NCBI GenBank assembly: GCA_965235115.1
Contig: OZ249446.1
Location: 10,664,001-10,728,000 of the forward strand
Length of the DNA: 64,000 bases
DNA from: Laetmonice hystrix
Taxonomy: Eukaryota
Reading direction: 5' to 3'
How positions within the stretch are numbered: the first letter of the stretch is position 1; each line of letters starts with the position of its first letter. The position numbers and the translations under genes were made by a program. The notes below the pieces were generated by a model. It was not told where the DNA came from. It was given only the letters and a program-made list of their open reading frames with translations, and searched no databases. Below, piece by piece: positions 47,336 to 60,975 of the stretch.

Positions 47336-48022
47336 AGAGAAACGTTGGTTATTATAACCTTATTGTCCTCTCCTATAAAACCGTCTTATTGCGTGACTTA
47401 TATTATTCTATACTGCAGAGAGTAGTGATGTATTACTTAGTATTCCGGCAGCATCCTCTTGTAATCATGTTATCGGTCAGTCGGGCGCTATCTCCCGGGA
47501 GCGGGGGAGGGTGTATGTGGCCGGAGTCTCATGGTGGGACCAGCTATACACGAAGAGGCCCCCCCTCCATACACACACAAATTACCTAATTCAGATGCAG
47601 GGGTTGGGCAGGCAGACATAGTTTAGGATGCTCGGCCATAGCCTTGAGTTGCTTGATGACAAAAACAAGGAGTAGTGGCATACCATATCCAAATATAATT
47701 CTTGCATTAGTTATAAAAATGACATCTAATTGGTTGATTTAATGCAAGCAAACATAATTTAGAAATCTAAGGTCAACACACAATCAAATAAACGCCATCA
47801 TTTGTTCTCGATTGTGTTTGTCGTATACGGCCACCCTAACCTATAGGTCGGCCACCCGCAATGGTCTGAGTGAGGAGGATCGTTCCGGTACCAACCGATA
47901 GATGGCGCACTAGGTCCGGCTTCCGGGCCCAGATTTTACGCCGGTGTAGATATTCGCATAATGAAGTATAGATCTAGGCTTAGGTGTTTATGTGGATCTG
48001 GCTGTCTGGTGAGCCCTAGTTA

Positions 48023-48116
48023 CCAGAGCCCAGTTTCTAAGCTTAGACCAGCCAATCAGAAGGGTTAAGCTTAAGCTTTTAGCAAGATCTTGAAGTTTTT
48101 AAGAACTAGACCCTGG
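48023..48116. mobile_element. Short TIR element with internal CCAATCAG / TTAAGC motifs
   Basis: 18-bp imperfect TIR ccagagcccagtttctaa / ttaagaactagaccctgg. A loosely similar sequence lies at 1721-1832. Confidence 0.4.
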
Positions 48117-48166
48117 TCCCCTGCTCTAAATGCAGGCTCCGCGAAGTGAGTCAGGGGACCAGACTA
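48113..48166. mobile_element. Dispersed relative of the TAG...CTA MITE
   Basis: Perfect 11-bp inverted repeat CTGGTCCCCTG / CAGGGGACCAG ending in ACTA. The left arm matches the 11209 element's left end. Confidence 0.5.
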
Positions 48167-49658
48167 GGCCACATCCAAATACACAAATGTATGGGAAGTA
48201 AGGTCAGGGTGCTGACATCTGGTGGCATCATCCTGCAGATGTCTTTGTGTCCACTCCGTATAGACTATATCCTTGCAGATAGGAGACTGCTGGTCGAGTC
48301 TAGATGTCAGGCTAATAATGGTGGGATGGGCTTGGCGAAGGTATGGTGGTAATGATCTATGTTTTATTTTATAGTATTATGAAATTGTTGTATGGTGTTG
48401 GTTAGGGAGACCAACATTCATTACCTACTACCATATAGCTCGACCTTTGTTTCCAGGCAGACTCTAGAGCCCGTACAACAACAAACTTCATCAGTTTCAG
48501 GCTTCCTTTTTAAAGACGAGGGGGCCGTTGTGAATCAGTAATCTACGGTTCAGACCCATCATCGCATGTTTTCTCACCGATGGGTTCAGATCCCCCGCAA
48601 GCCCCATGGGAGTTTGTCAGTTACGTGCTGTTAGGTCGGTGGTTTTTCCAAATCCAAATGTAAGGTTGAAAATTGTTGTGTTTTGCAGTAAATTATCTTT
48701 GACATCGGTCTCCAAGCACACCCAACGAACGAGACTGAAATCTTTGTTTCTTCAAACCGGTATATTGGCGCGGAGATTTATGCTCCCAGAGCTTTGCATA
48801 CATGTCGGCGTAGGCCTACTGAGACTGATGCCATCAATACATACATTAGTTCTCCATTAGTCAGGATACTCAGATATGGGGGCCTAGAACATGACGGACG
48901 TTAGCTGTAGGTGTCCCTACGTCAAACATCCATTTATTCTCAGTCACGTGATAGGAGGCCGCATTGTCTGCCGGTAGATGGCGCCTTGCCAATCCCACCA
49001 TCCCGGGGCGTGCATACATTGAAAACCGTTCACAATATGTAAATTACAATTAGAAACCTAATCCCTCGGGCTGCTTTCCAACTATAGTCAGAGATAACGA
49101 AAATTTAATGGTGAAGTGATGTATCAAATTACACAAAGTGACGCCAGGGGGCGTTTATTCCCACCCACATATACATGCCTATTTAAGCAGGATTACCCAG
49201 AATGCAGTTCGATTTTATAAAGCTGGTAACATGACTCATTCATATACATTATTATATATTCCCTTCGTATCCTGGTTTACGTCAAAACATCTGCTATGTT
49301 CAATCTGGTCGGCCGACAGTTATGACAAATTAGAAACGTTTTTACAGTCGATGTAGCGGTAGTAGTAGGTGGAGTGTTATGGCTCAGATGATTCATAGCA
49401 AGTTGGCTGCTGGTTTTATTTCGTATACCAATCCACATCAATATGCGGGTCACGTGATGGCTCCAGTAGATGATCTTTCCTTATCATAAATACATCATTT
49501 TGTATATCTAATATATATCTATGAGAGACACGTGTAGAGTAGAATTGTTGGTTGGCAGTGTTTGCACAATGAGTGCTGCTGTATGAAGTGTACCATCTCA
49601 ATGTTTAGGTTCATGGTTCCCTCAATGGTAACTTTGATTGGTAAAAATTTAATTCCAA

Positions 49659-49770
49659 CACACCCACACCCAGCCACACCCCCGCACCCATGCCCACAGC
49701 CACACCCAGACACACACCCACACCCAGCCACACCCCCGCACCCATGCCCACAGCCACATACGCACCCACA
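49659..49770 (+). repeat. 54-bp tandem duplication (CA-rich)
   Basis: Two copies of cacacccacacccagccacacccccgcacccatgcccacagccaca. Confidence 0.85.
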
Positions 49771-51507
49771 CACTTCCCCAAGTTATAAAACATTACAAGA
49801 ATAGGTTCATTCTCCTTTCTGATCGTACTTTTCACATCATTTCGTGTTGTCAGAGAAGTTGATATTGGACTATAGAAGTTTCTCCTAATGTACACAAAGT
49901 ACGATAATTGTAAGTCCATCTATTATAGGTGTGCTTGCAGGCATTTATTATCCTACTAAGTACCAAACATTATGCCCGTCAGAAAGGAAGGCAATCATAT
50001 CATTTCTACTCGGAGCATGACTAACCTTTTAGTTCCCTTTTATCGACAATCAGATAGGCGATAACCATGGCAGACCCAATGGTCGTATCTTGAAACGGAT
50101 GACAGTAGTCACATAGAATACGATCATTCGTAGACTTTTTCACATTATTGAGCTTTTACCTTTCCTATATTCGATCTTATCTTATCATTGTGATAATTCT
50201 TTAAAATTAAGAGGTTAATGTCCTCAGGAGTGAGTGAGTGAGTCGAAGTCCACGGCAGAAAAAAAGTCCCGGGTCCAAAAGGGAAGATGTCCGCAAAAAG
50301 CCGAAAAATACACTTGTCTTCTTCTTGTAAGTAGTATAGGAAAAGAGGAATATGTTGCAGGCGATAGCGTCAAGTAGTATACACAAACGGATATTTTCTC
50401 GGGCACTTCCTTTTATGGAGAGATGATTCGGTTAAAATATATCCTTAAACACCTTTAAAGACGATAGACACTTTGGGAGATTGGTGAAGAATAGGCCAAG
50501 TAGTGGTTGAAGAATCTCATGCAGACTTGGCAATAGAAAGAAACCCCCCGGTCTCCAGGTCTAGGGTGTTACCCCCTGGGGGTGGAGATCAATGCTGTGG
50601 CAGTGCCGTAAACCCATCCCCGATGGCTACTTTTCTCCGTGAGGTCCTGCCCCGGTTGTGACTCACTCGATCTCCGGAAACTAAACCGGTGACCCGAAGA
50701 TTACGGGGTGCCGACCTCGGGTCGCCGGGCAGGCCGGCTGGGGATTGGGCGGCGAGGGGGGGTTGTGGGGAGGCAGTGTGCGGTTGGCGGGGGGGGGGGG
50801 GGGAATGGGACGACCGGGAGAGGTTGGGAGGGGGTTGAGTTTACCGGGCATGCGGTAGGGGAGTCCGGGTCTGCCCGCCACCCTCTCGACAGTAATTGAC
50901 ATCACACCAGCTCTAACTATTCCGGCCCAGACCTCCCTGACCCGGTGTCCATATGGTCAGAAAGGTTAACGTCATCCTCGCGCCCAGATGAACAGATCGG
51001 GGCGCCCCCTCACGGTGGCGATCAGAACCTTTTGGTGTCACGTGGTGTGTGTAATAAGGTCGACCTCCAACCAATGATACCAGCTTATTTACGTTCGCCA
51101 GTAATGGCCGCTGGGGCGCCTCGGGTACTGCGGCCAATATGAAAGCTACTTTGGCGAATTACAGACATTATTATCCCGATATATTATTATGATCTTCAAC
51201 ATTATCACCAATGTTATTGGCCTGACCTTCCCAGCCTACTGTCAAAGGTCAATAAGGAACGCTGTAAACAGATGGACTGGATGGGTATCGGTGTATTGTA
51301 GGGCTGCTGGGGGCAGGAGGGAACAAATAGTTGTATAGCGTTAGCAGGCAATGTCTTTTATTGTCTTCATCAGGAGTGGCAGAAGTTATAGTAGTAGTAG
51401 TACAAAATGTAGTAGTATACTGGTGGAAGTAGTAGAAGTAGAAGAAACAAAGTGGTGACTGTGTAGGCAGGAGATATCAACCCCATTTCTCTTGGTCTTC
51501 CCCCCCC

Positions 51508-51585
<78 letters not shown>

Positions 51586-51949
51586 GCCTCTCAATCTCTC
51601 TCACTCACTCGTTCTCTTAGTAATCTCAGGTACAATCGTGCTTGGGTTTTTTAATTAATCGCTGATGTTTCCGCCTTCAATTAAGCAAATTAATCGATCC
51701 ACTTTTTATGAGTTCTAATAATTTACCCTCGACCACACGTCTCATATCCAATGATAGGGTCTGTATTTGTCCTTGACATTGCAAACGTTACTAGAAGTCG
51801 CGCGATATGGCCAGTCGCGCGATATTACTAGTAGTCGCGCGATACAATCGCACACTCTATCCCCATCCCTACTACAGAATCACGTCCTATTCGTTACAAC
51901 AAGAGATAGGATGATAGTTGGCACGCCTCCAACCATTCAATATTTCATC

Positions 51950-52263
51950 AGCTATGTCATCGGTGAAAACATGCCCCGCAATGACATGAAGGTTTCCCCT
52001 TTTTGCTCCCATTTTTTTACAGATAGGCACAGCTCATTTCTGAACCGGATTCGGAAAACGCCATCATCCCTAATGAACCCACGGATCCGTTGTAACCTTT
52101 TTTTATCACCCAGCCGGGCGCGGTACACACTAAACTCAGCAGTGCCTCGATCAAACAAACCTACCTTACTTCTGGCCGTCATTAACGGGAGGCAATAACT
52201 GCTAACTAATCTCAGAACGAGGCTGTAATCTATTATCATCACCAAGGCCTCCATCCCGCTCAT
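51950..52263 (-). mobile_element. Degenerate RTE-clade LINE fragment
   Basis: KKRLQRIRGFIRDDGVFRIRFRNEL resembles the post-RT RTE segment ERKILRRIFGP...G.WRIR.N.EL; recognised by eye only. Confidence 0.4.
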
Positions 52264-55064
52264 AGCACCAACATTAGTTGATCAAAATTATCTTTTTCTT
52301 ATTATAACTAATCTTATTATTATAATATAATTATTACCGTCATGATCATCATGGCAGCAGTGGTGTTCATGCCTTGACCCCCGCAGACCCCCACTTCTTG
52401 TTTACTATTCACCCCCTCCCATCCCTTTATAACCACCTCCCCCTCCCCATTCCTTTATAACCCCCCCCCCCCTCCCCATCACTTATAACCCCCCGTCGCT
52501 ATACCCCAAAACATTCCAATTTCAAATGGCCAGCCCGACATCCCGATACGTGTCCTATCAGTGTATATTGAATTACGTCCATAGCGCGTTCCGTGCGCGT
52601 GCCGTGCGCGTGCCGTGCGCGTGTCGTCCCACAATAGTTGTCGATAAGAACTGAAATGATGAGTCCAAGTTTGTCACCTCTCCAGGTTCACATGACAACA
52701 TCGCAGATCTAGGTTGACATGAATTTTTTTAAGCGGCGACCAGCGACCTCGAAGCCGACGATAGGCCTGTCTATCGTGCTGTAACTGAGCAGCCCAAGGT
52801 TTATGGAATCTCTCTCCATCCAAACCGTCCTTATCGGTCGACACCTGGCCTTAATTTCCTGTGATATATGGCAGGCCGGGTTCTATGACGGGTCTCTCTG
52901 TTTGCACAGACATCAGCAGCACGTTTTTAGGGAGCCGTCACCGAAAGCTCTCCCGCTTGCCAAGGTCGGCCAATCGTCCGTAAGAGGTTTCTCGAGAAGC
53001 TTTTTCACTCGGCACTTTTTCCTGTAATACCGGCGCGGAAGAAAACGTTTTGTGCAGAAAAATCCTTGCGCGCTCTACACCGCCGTTGGAGCATGCGCGG
53101 TGCGGGCCAGCGGTCAGGGGGACTTATGTCGGTAATGCTATCAATTTGGACGGCTGATTTGACAGTAAGTACATTCTAATGACGCGCGCTCTGCCGAATG
53201 AGGCGCCCTTAAGCTTGGCCGCTAGAAGGGGTAGAGAAACTATGACAGCCACACAAAACCCGGCCAGCACAATGCCCGTTGTATAGATAGAGCAATTAAT
53301 ATGCATGGCTGCCTTGTGTCCATCACGACTGGTGGGCAGACGCGGTGTAGATGGGTTTATTTGGCTATTTCCATGGTAATATGATCGCTAGGGTCCGCCA
53401 TACCAAACGGAAGTTACAGGAAATCGGCCGCCTGGCCGGATTGGTCTGACGAAATCATCTAGAGGGAGAATGGAGAACCAGTGACGTGTATCATAACATT
53501 ATAATATACTTGGTACCTTTGGCCTGTACCAACCATACCACAATTGTGTCGATGCAAGCCTGTATCAAATCTTCAGATACGTCTCGATGTGCGTACTTGT
53601 GCGTACAACACATGCACAGTGAAACACGCACACGCATGGACGTGAATAACGACAGAAATAAAGCTACTTTTGATACCGTTCGCGAATAGAGCCTGCCATT
53701 GAAAAACAGCAATAAATAATATATCATGTAGGACCAACATCCCATTCATGGCGCCAATTCTATTCTAAATGTGTTCAATTCAAAGTGCCAAAGGCGGAAC
53801 AGTCAATGTTTCTCCGAAGAATATGTAATGAGGGACCGATTCAAAATGATATGTCATTCCTCATTTAATGCCTTTGGGGCCACAAAATAGTGGCCAGCAA
53901 AGTGGGAATATGGACATAGTGGGTCTCGCCATTAATTCTGTGTCTGTCTTGTTCTATCAAGATGAACAATTAAAGGGCAAAGAACGAGATGTTTAAGTTA
54001 TACATGGATATCGTTTCCTCTGGTCGATATGCTTGCATGCATAAAAAAATAGCGTAAGTGAAAGGAACACGGGCAAAGATGGATAGCTTCTAATGACATA
54101 TGCATGTTAATGAATATTCTGTCGTTAATATATGCCCCATTCACTTCTCCAATTTAATCTCTTGGCGGATAGAATTCTACGTGTAAATCATCTAGTGATC
54201 AATTTATCATACAACACGGGATGTACTTACCCTCGGGACACAAGTCTGCATGCCTCGGGCACACCCATCCCTGAGCCCCCCCCCCCCCCCACCCTCAACG
54301 TGCACATCAATAAACAAAACGGCCTGACTTGCTCGCCTGAACACCTATATACCGTCAGATGGCGCTGTGATCAAACGTTAACAATCAGGACCATTGTCAC
54401 GTCGAAACGCTGCGATCTGAAAAGAACGCCTTTTTTTCTTTGCGTCCCTATGTCTGGGACTAAGGAAGTCTCTGTCACAGACATGACAGCCACGCGTGCG
54501 ACTTTCACCGTCCGCTGAGCGAAATGCACCCACTCCGAAAGTCAGCCTTCTCTGATAAAAGCCAACTAACAATAGGGCAGCACGAAATATCGTGCCTTTT
54601 TGTGGAGGCCTTTTAACGGCTCTCGCTCAAAGAAACTAACATCAGTGTCGTACATTGATTAAGCAAGGCAACAGAACGTTTGTTTGCTTTATTCGTTGTG
54701 ACTAGTAGAGGGAAAAGTTCACGCCATTTTGCAGTCAGCCTCGACTCGACTAAAATCAAGTAGCTATCGCCGATGGTGGGGCGTGGTCGCCTCATTACCA
54801 TTCAATTAATGCGGCTTTAAAACACGGACAAACAGTAAATTAAACCCTTTCAAAATGTGGTGGGAAAGTATGATTATCAGTGGACCTGTCCGGTGGAGGT
54901 TTGCAGCCGGCGTGCAACGATGTCGAAATGTTCAGAAATAGTAATAGCCCATTGTTTCTCCGAGCAGGTTTGGTGATTTGAAACAACCTCGTCCTATCAT
55001 AAGGAATTACATGCATTTAAAACACCAGTGGGTGATTGCTGTTAGAGCAAACAGCGCCAGCGAT

Positions 55065-56345
55065 TAGGATAATCTACTGCAATAATCTGAAACACATCAA
55101 GATAAACTACTGCAATAATCTGAAACACATCAAGATAAACTACTGCAATAATCTGAAACACATCAAGATAAACTACTGCAATGATCTGAAACACATCAAG
55201 ATAAACTACTGCAATAATCTGAAACACATCAGGATAAACTACTGCAATGATCTGAAACACATCAAGATAAACTACTGCAATGATCTGAACCACATCAAGA
55301 TAAACTACTGCAATGATCTGGAACACATCAAGATAAACTACTGCAATAATCTGAAACACATCAAGATAAACTACTGCAATAATCTGAAACACATCAAGAT
55401 AAACTACTGCAATAATCTGAAACACATCAAGATAAACTACTGCAATAATCTGAAACACATCAAGATAAACTACTGCAATAATCTGAAACACATCAAGATA
55501 AACTACTGCAATGATCTGAAACACATCAAGATAAACTACTGCAATACTCTGAAACACATCAGGATAAACTACTGCAATGATCTGAAACACATCAAGATAA
55601 ACTACTGCAATGATCTGAAACACATCAAGATAAACTACTGCAATGATCTGGAACACATCAAGATAAACTACTGCAATAATCTGAAACACATCAAGATAAA
55701 CTACTGCAATAATCTGAAACACATCAAGATAAACTACTGCAATAATCTGAAACACATCAAGATAAACTACTGCAATGATCTGAAACACATCAAGATAAAC
55801 TACTGCAATAATCTGAAACACATCAAGATAAGCTACTGCAATGATCTGAAACACATCAAGATAAACTACTGCAATGATCTGAAACACATCAAGATAAACT
55901 ACTGCAATGATCTGAAACACATCAAGATAAACTACTGCAATGATCTTAAACACATCAAGATAAACTACTGCAATGATCTGGAACACATCAAGATAAACTA
56001 CTGCAATAATCTGAAACACATCAAGATAAACTACTGCAATAATCTGAAACACATCAAGATAAACTACTGCAATAATCTGAAACACATCAAGATAAACTAC
56101 TGCAATAATCTGAAACACATCAAGATAAACTACTGCAATAATCTGAAACACATCAAGATAAACTACTGCAATAATCTGAAACACATCAAGATAAACTACT
56201 GCAATAATCTGAAACACATCAAGATAAACTACTGCAATAATCTGAAACACATCAAGATAAACTACTGCAATAATCTGAAACACATCAAGATAAACTACTG
56301 CAATAATCTGAAACACATCAGGGTAAACTACTGCAATAATCTGAA
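55065..56345 (+). repeat. 33-bp minisatellite (~39 copies), open in frame on both strands
   Basis: Unit aataatctgaaacacatcaagataaactactgc; no indels. Confidence 0.97.
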
Positions 56346-56363
56346 GGGGTATGACCATGTCCC

Positions 56364-56424
<61 letters not shown>

Positions 56425-56426
<2 letters not shown>

Positions 56427-56600
56427 CACCGATCTCTTTAGGAATGACGTCCAGATAAGGTTGACCTCTAACCCATTGCCCCTCGCCAATTTCGTGAGAA
56501 GGGGCGTCATGGTAACAGGTGCTGATTTGACCAGACTTGTAAATGACTTCTGATTGCCTTTGTTATGTAGTTCAGACGTCAGGCGATTGGTAGACAATCC
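56425..56600 (-). mobile_element. Possible CR1-like RT remnant
   Basis: LLTKLARGNGLEVNLIWTSFLKR resembles LL.KL..YGI.G..L.W..SFL..R; short and cut by a (GA)n tract. Confidence 0.3.
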
Positions 56601-58478
56601 AGGGTTGCAGACCCTGGCGCTGGGAGACCTTCACACAGGTGTGACATGTGTATAATTACGACTATCACGGTCTATACCGAATCAATTCTCTTCTCAGGCA
56701 CTGTTTTCTTTCAGTTTGATATGTTGATGCCCAGTCAAGGTTACAACGAGTAGGCCTAATTCACCATTCTGAAAAGGTGCGATTGTCAGTTTCTTGTTAA
56801 ACTTTAATATAAACTTTTCTGCTCATCGCCATTGTCCTATGACCATTTTTATCCAGCAATCAAAACACAATGTAAAAGTTGACCAAGACGTCCCCAGTAG
56901 AAATCAAATGAGTCAGATTTCTTTCTGTAATTTAAAAGGGATCGAATGTACAATGCAAATGGCTATTCTGTATCATCCATAAGAAAATGGAGGTAGTAAT
57001 TACTAGAACGTAAGCACCATTGTCACATATCCGCCGGTATCGCTAACACTGACCGTCAAAAAACAACATGAGGAGATTTAGAAGTGTATCACACCGCGTA
57101 ATTTCTGACGTTGTTTAATTGGCGTACTTCACATCAGCACAAAGACTCCATTTTTGGCAGCGCGAGTAGGGGATGTGTGTGGCGTTACTTCTGCTTCATC
57201 CCCAACCTTTCATCATGCGTTGATGACTCACTTATAATTGGGAACTTGAACGCGGCGCGCGGTGGGGGGACTACACCTAGAGAGCTACGCGATGCTATCG
57301 TCGACAACCAAACGCTGTTCATCCGAGTATATGCCCCAAATATCGCCCAGCCGTCACTTGTGACGACACAATTACCTCTTTTGCGTGTTGTAAATGCCGT
57401 ATGGGGGAGCCACAGGTACCCAAAAGTAAGGTTGCAGTAAGCACTGAGTCGACTTCCAAAAAATAGGCCGAAACTGAAACTGACCACCTGAGAACGGGTT
57501 CAAGTTCCCCCGGCCTGGCGAGGCCTGCGTCTCATGCTGACGTCACGGCAGTGAAATAAACAATTATCAAACCTGGCATCGTTTTTAGACCCCCGTATTT
57601 CCACCAGTAACGACAGTTGCCCAAGACTAAGTCGTATTTGCACAACGCCTGCTTCCCATTACAATCCTTTTTTAGGCCTAAATTGCCCCAAGGTCACGAA
57701 ATTGAAGAAGTCCCATATTGGCTGTGTTATACTTTTGTTAAGTAGAGTGAGCTGCTTCACCTGATGGTGAGAAACTGTCATGTTATTATCAATAAAGTCA
57801 CTAGATGCACGGAAAACACGCAATCGATTAAACCCCTGGCCATGCGAACACGTACTTTCCATTTCAACACTCAAATTACTCTAAAAGGGAAAAGCACATG
57901 TGGGAATCGTAGTGTATTATTAATGTGCACTTTCTTAAGACATTTAAGACAGACCATAATCGTATGCCGCCTTTCCTGCACTGCGCAACCTGATGCGAAC
58001 ATCTGCCTGGACCATAACAATTTATCCATGCAGAATAGTTCTCAAAATGGCCGGTAGGGAGTATCCAACCGGTGACATTCATGGCCTGATTACGTTGGAC
58101 GTCCGCCAATTACGCGTGCGCACTGGGATGCTATTACTCAGCCTCTTGCCTCCTCCAAGCGTCCTTTTTGTGTGGATAACTCAAGTTAATTGTTTACTGC
58201 ATCCATTTATCGACCGATGGCATTCTGGCGAGTCTGTCATCGAAAGAAATAGCACAAAATTAACTAGCAAATACTCCATGAAAAAAAGATGTATAAAAAA
58301 TACTACCGACTTCATTGTATATTGGTGACTGTTGACATTGACCCCTTAATGTCGAGTCAGGGGGGCGGGGGGTCCAGGGGTCAGCGACTCGGAGTAAAAC
58401 ATGTGTGACAGTTACGAGGACGTTATGACTGATGGAGCCAATGAATTCCTTCTAACTGAAGAAAATGTTTCCTTGCGA

Positions 58479-59240
58479 TCCTCCACCACATCATTCCGAC
58501 CCTCCACCACATCATTCCGACCCTCCACCACATCATTCCGACCCTCCACCACATCATTCAGACCCTCCACCACATCATTCAGACCCTCCACCACATCATT
58601 CAGACCCTCCACCACATCATTCAGACCCTCCACCACATCATTCAGACCCTCCACCACATCATTCAGACCCTCCACCACATCATTCAGACCCTCCACCACA
58701 TCATTCAGACCCTCCACCACATCATTCAGACCCTCCACCACATCATTCAGACCCTCCACCACATCATTCAGACCCCACCACATCATTCAGACCCTCCACC
58801 ACATCATTCAGACCCTCCACCACATCATTCAGACCCTCCACTACATCATTCAGACCCCACCACATCATTCAGACCCTCCACCACATCATCCCGACCATCC
58901 ACCACATCATTCAGACCCTCCACCACATCATTCAGACCCTCCACCACATCATTCAGACCCTCCACCACATCATTCAGACCCTCCACCACACCATTCAGAC
59001 CCTCCACCACATCATTCAGACCCTCCACCACATCATTCAGACCCCACCACATCATTCAGACCCTCCACCACATCATTCAGACCCCACCACATCATTCAGA
59101 CCCTCCACCACATCATTCAGACCCTCCACCACATCATTCAGACCCGCCACCACATCATTCAGACCCTCCACCACATCATTCAGACCCTCCACCACATCAT
59201 TCAGACCCTCCACCACATCATCCCGAAACTCCACCACATC
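58479..59240 (+). repeat. 21-bp minisatellite (~36 copies) with occasional 19-bp units
   Basis: Unit tcagaccctccaccacatcat. Confidence 0.97.
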
Positions 59241-59242
59241 AT

Positions 59243-59408
59243 GCTAAGTCGTAATTACGAGATAGCTAAGTCATCATTACGAGATAGCTAAGTCGTAATT
59301 ACGAGATGTTATGTCCTAATTACGAGATGCTAAGTCGTAATTACGAGATGTTATGTCGTAATTACGAGATAAAAAAGTAATTTCTCGTGGCACTAATCGG
59401 CTTCCGTA
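59243..59408 (+). repeat. 21-22-bp repeat of the palindrome TCGTAATTACGA, ending in a probable element terminus (...gtggcactaatcggcttccgta)
   Basis: Six units of (c/t)ta(a/t)gtcgtaattacgagat(a)g. Confidence 0.75.
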
Positions 59409-60341
59409 GGAACATTTACTTTTAGGAGAACAAATTTCTTCTTTCCGGTCGTTACGCTGGAAATGAACCACTTTGCTGATGAATAAAAATATACATAAAA
59501 AACAAACATAGCCACAGTGAATGAAGTTAAAAGGAGACCACTAAGTTTCTTCTAATACCGAGCCGCTTACACGGGTCGGACTATCGAGGGTCGTATTATA
59601 CAACCTCAATCTTACCGGTTTTTATGACGTCGATCTGACATCATTTCGTTAATCATTACCTCCGTCTAAGAGCCCCTAGCTGTAATGTTCTGTCCATGGA
59701 GATATCCTGTCACCCTCAGTTATTGGCTGTAACTGCCCATTTGTCGACATCCCCGACATCGGTCAAATCCAACTTAACGAGGGCCTAGGGGATTGGGGCG
59801 TGGCCCGCGACGCGAGGCGACGGGTCGCCCTCCGAGCGACCACTAAAACGACGCGATTCTCGTCATGTTTTCAGCCTGACGAACCTTGAGAATTTACATC
59901 CTGACCTTTCGCATGCAGCGCGACCTGGCGGTCATTTACGGGGTCAGAGCTGGGGTCATGGGTCGGCCGCCCGGCTGTCATCAATTTCCGATGAGGTCAA
60001 AATGGGCGGGGAAGGTGAGGTAGGCACAGTTAATGCTGTCTGCAGTCATTGACATGCTGCACACGACACGCGCTTTCCGCCTGCCTGAGTTCTGGGGTGA
60101 GTCCTATTGACACCATTTCTCCTCTGGGACTCTGGCCAGATTACAAACGGCAGACGCACATATTCACAGACTCTTCCTCCTTTTTGTTTCTCTACGTATG
60201 ACCGGCAACTATATCCAACACTCCTCTGATATCGCTGTCGAGGACACATCTGCAGAAGCCAAACTATTATTTAAAAGACTTATTTTTAAAAGGTCATCTT
60301 GTCCGTAAGGTTGTTACAATATAAACAATCGTCAAGTCATT

Positions 60342-60975
60342 ATTTCTTGGACGTGTTCCTGCCACGTCATGGTTTCTATAGAACGCTTCATTATGACGTG
60401 TTCCCGTTACGTCATGGTTTCTATAGAACGCCTCATTATGACGTGTTCTCGTTACGTCATGGTTTCTATAGAACGCTTCATTATGACGTGTTCCCGTTAC
60501 GTCATGGTTTCTATAGAACGCCTCATTATGACGTGTTCTCGTTACGTCATGGTTTCTATAGAACGCTTCATTATGACGTGTTCCCGTTACGTCATGGTTT
60601 CTATAGAACGCCTCATTATGACGTGTTCTCGTTACGTCATGGTTTCTATAGAACGCCTCATTATGACGTGTTCTCGTTACGTCATGGTTTCTATAGAACG
60701 CTTCATTATGACGTGTTCCCGTTATGTCATGGTTTCTATAGAACGCCTCATTACGACGTGTTCCCGTTACGTCATGGTTTCTATGGAACGCCTCATTATG
60801 ACGTGTTCTCGTTACGTCATGGTTTCTATAGAACGCCTCATTATGACGTGTTCCTGTGATGTATTGGTTTTTATAGAACGCCTTATCATGACGTGTTTTC
60901 GTCACGTCTTGGTTTCTCTAGAACGCCTCATTATGACGTGTTCCTGTGACGTCATGGTTTCTCTAGAACGCCTCT
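60342..60975 (+). repeat. 45-bp minisatellite (~14 copies)
   Basis: Unit acgtgttc(c/t)cgttacgtcatggtttctatagaacgc(t/c)tcattatg. Confidence 0.96.

Noticed and set aside
53124-53306. Alternative signal-peptide-like ORF MHINCSIYTTGIVLAGFCVAVIVSLPLLAA
   Set aside because: No phase-1 donor after the hydrophobic stretch; the 46107-45999 exon fits much better.
57111-57440. IIGNLNA and RVYAPN words resembling a LINE endonuclease
   Set aside because: The motifs are in the reverse of the order found in apurinic-endonuclease-like domains.
58401-59291. ATG-initiated 296-aa ORF with mucin-like SFRPSTT and His/Pro-rich repeats
   Set aside because: 19-bp units switch the peptide between three frames mid-array, as expected for a neutral minisatellite.
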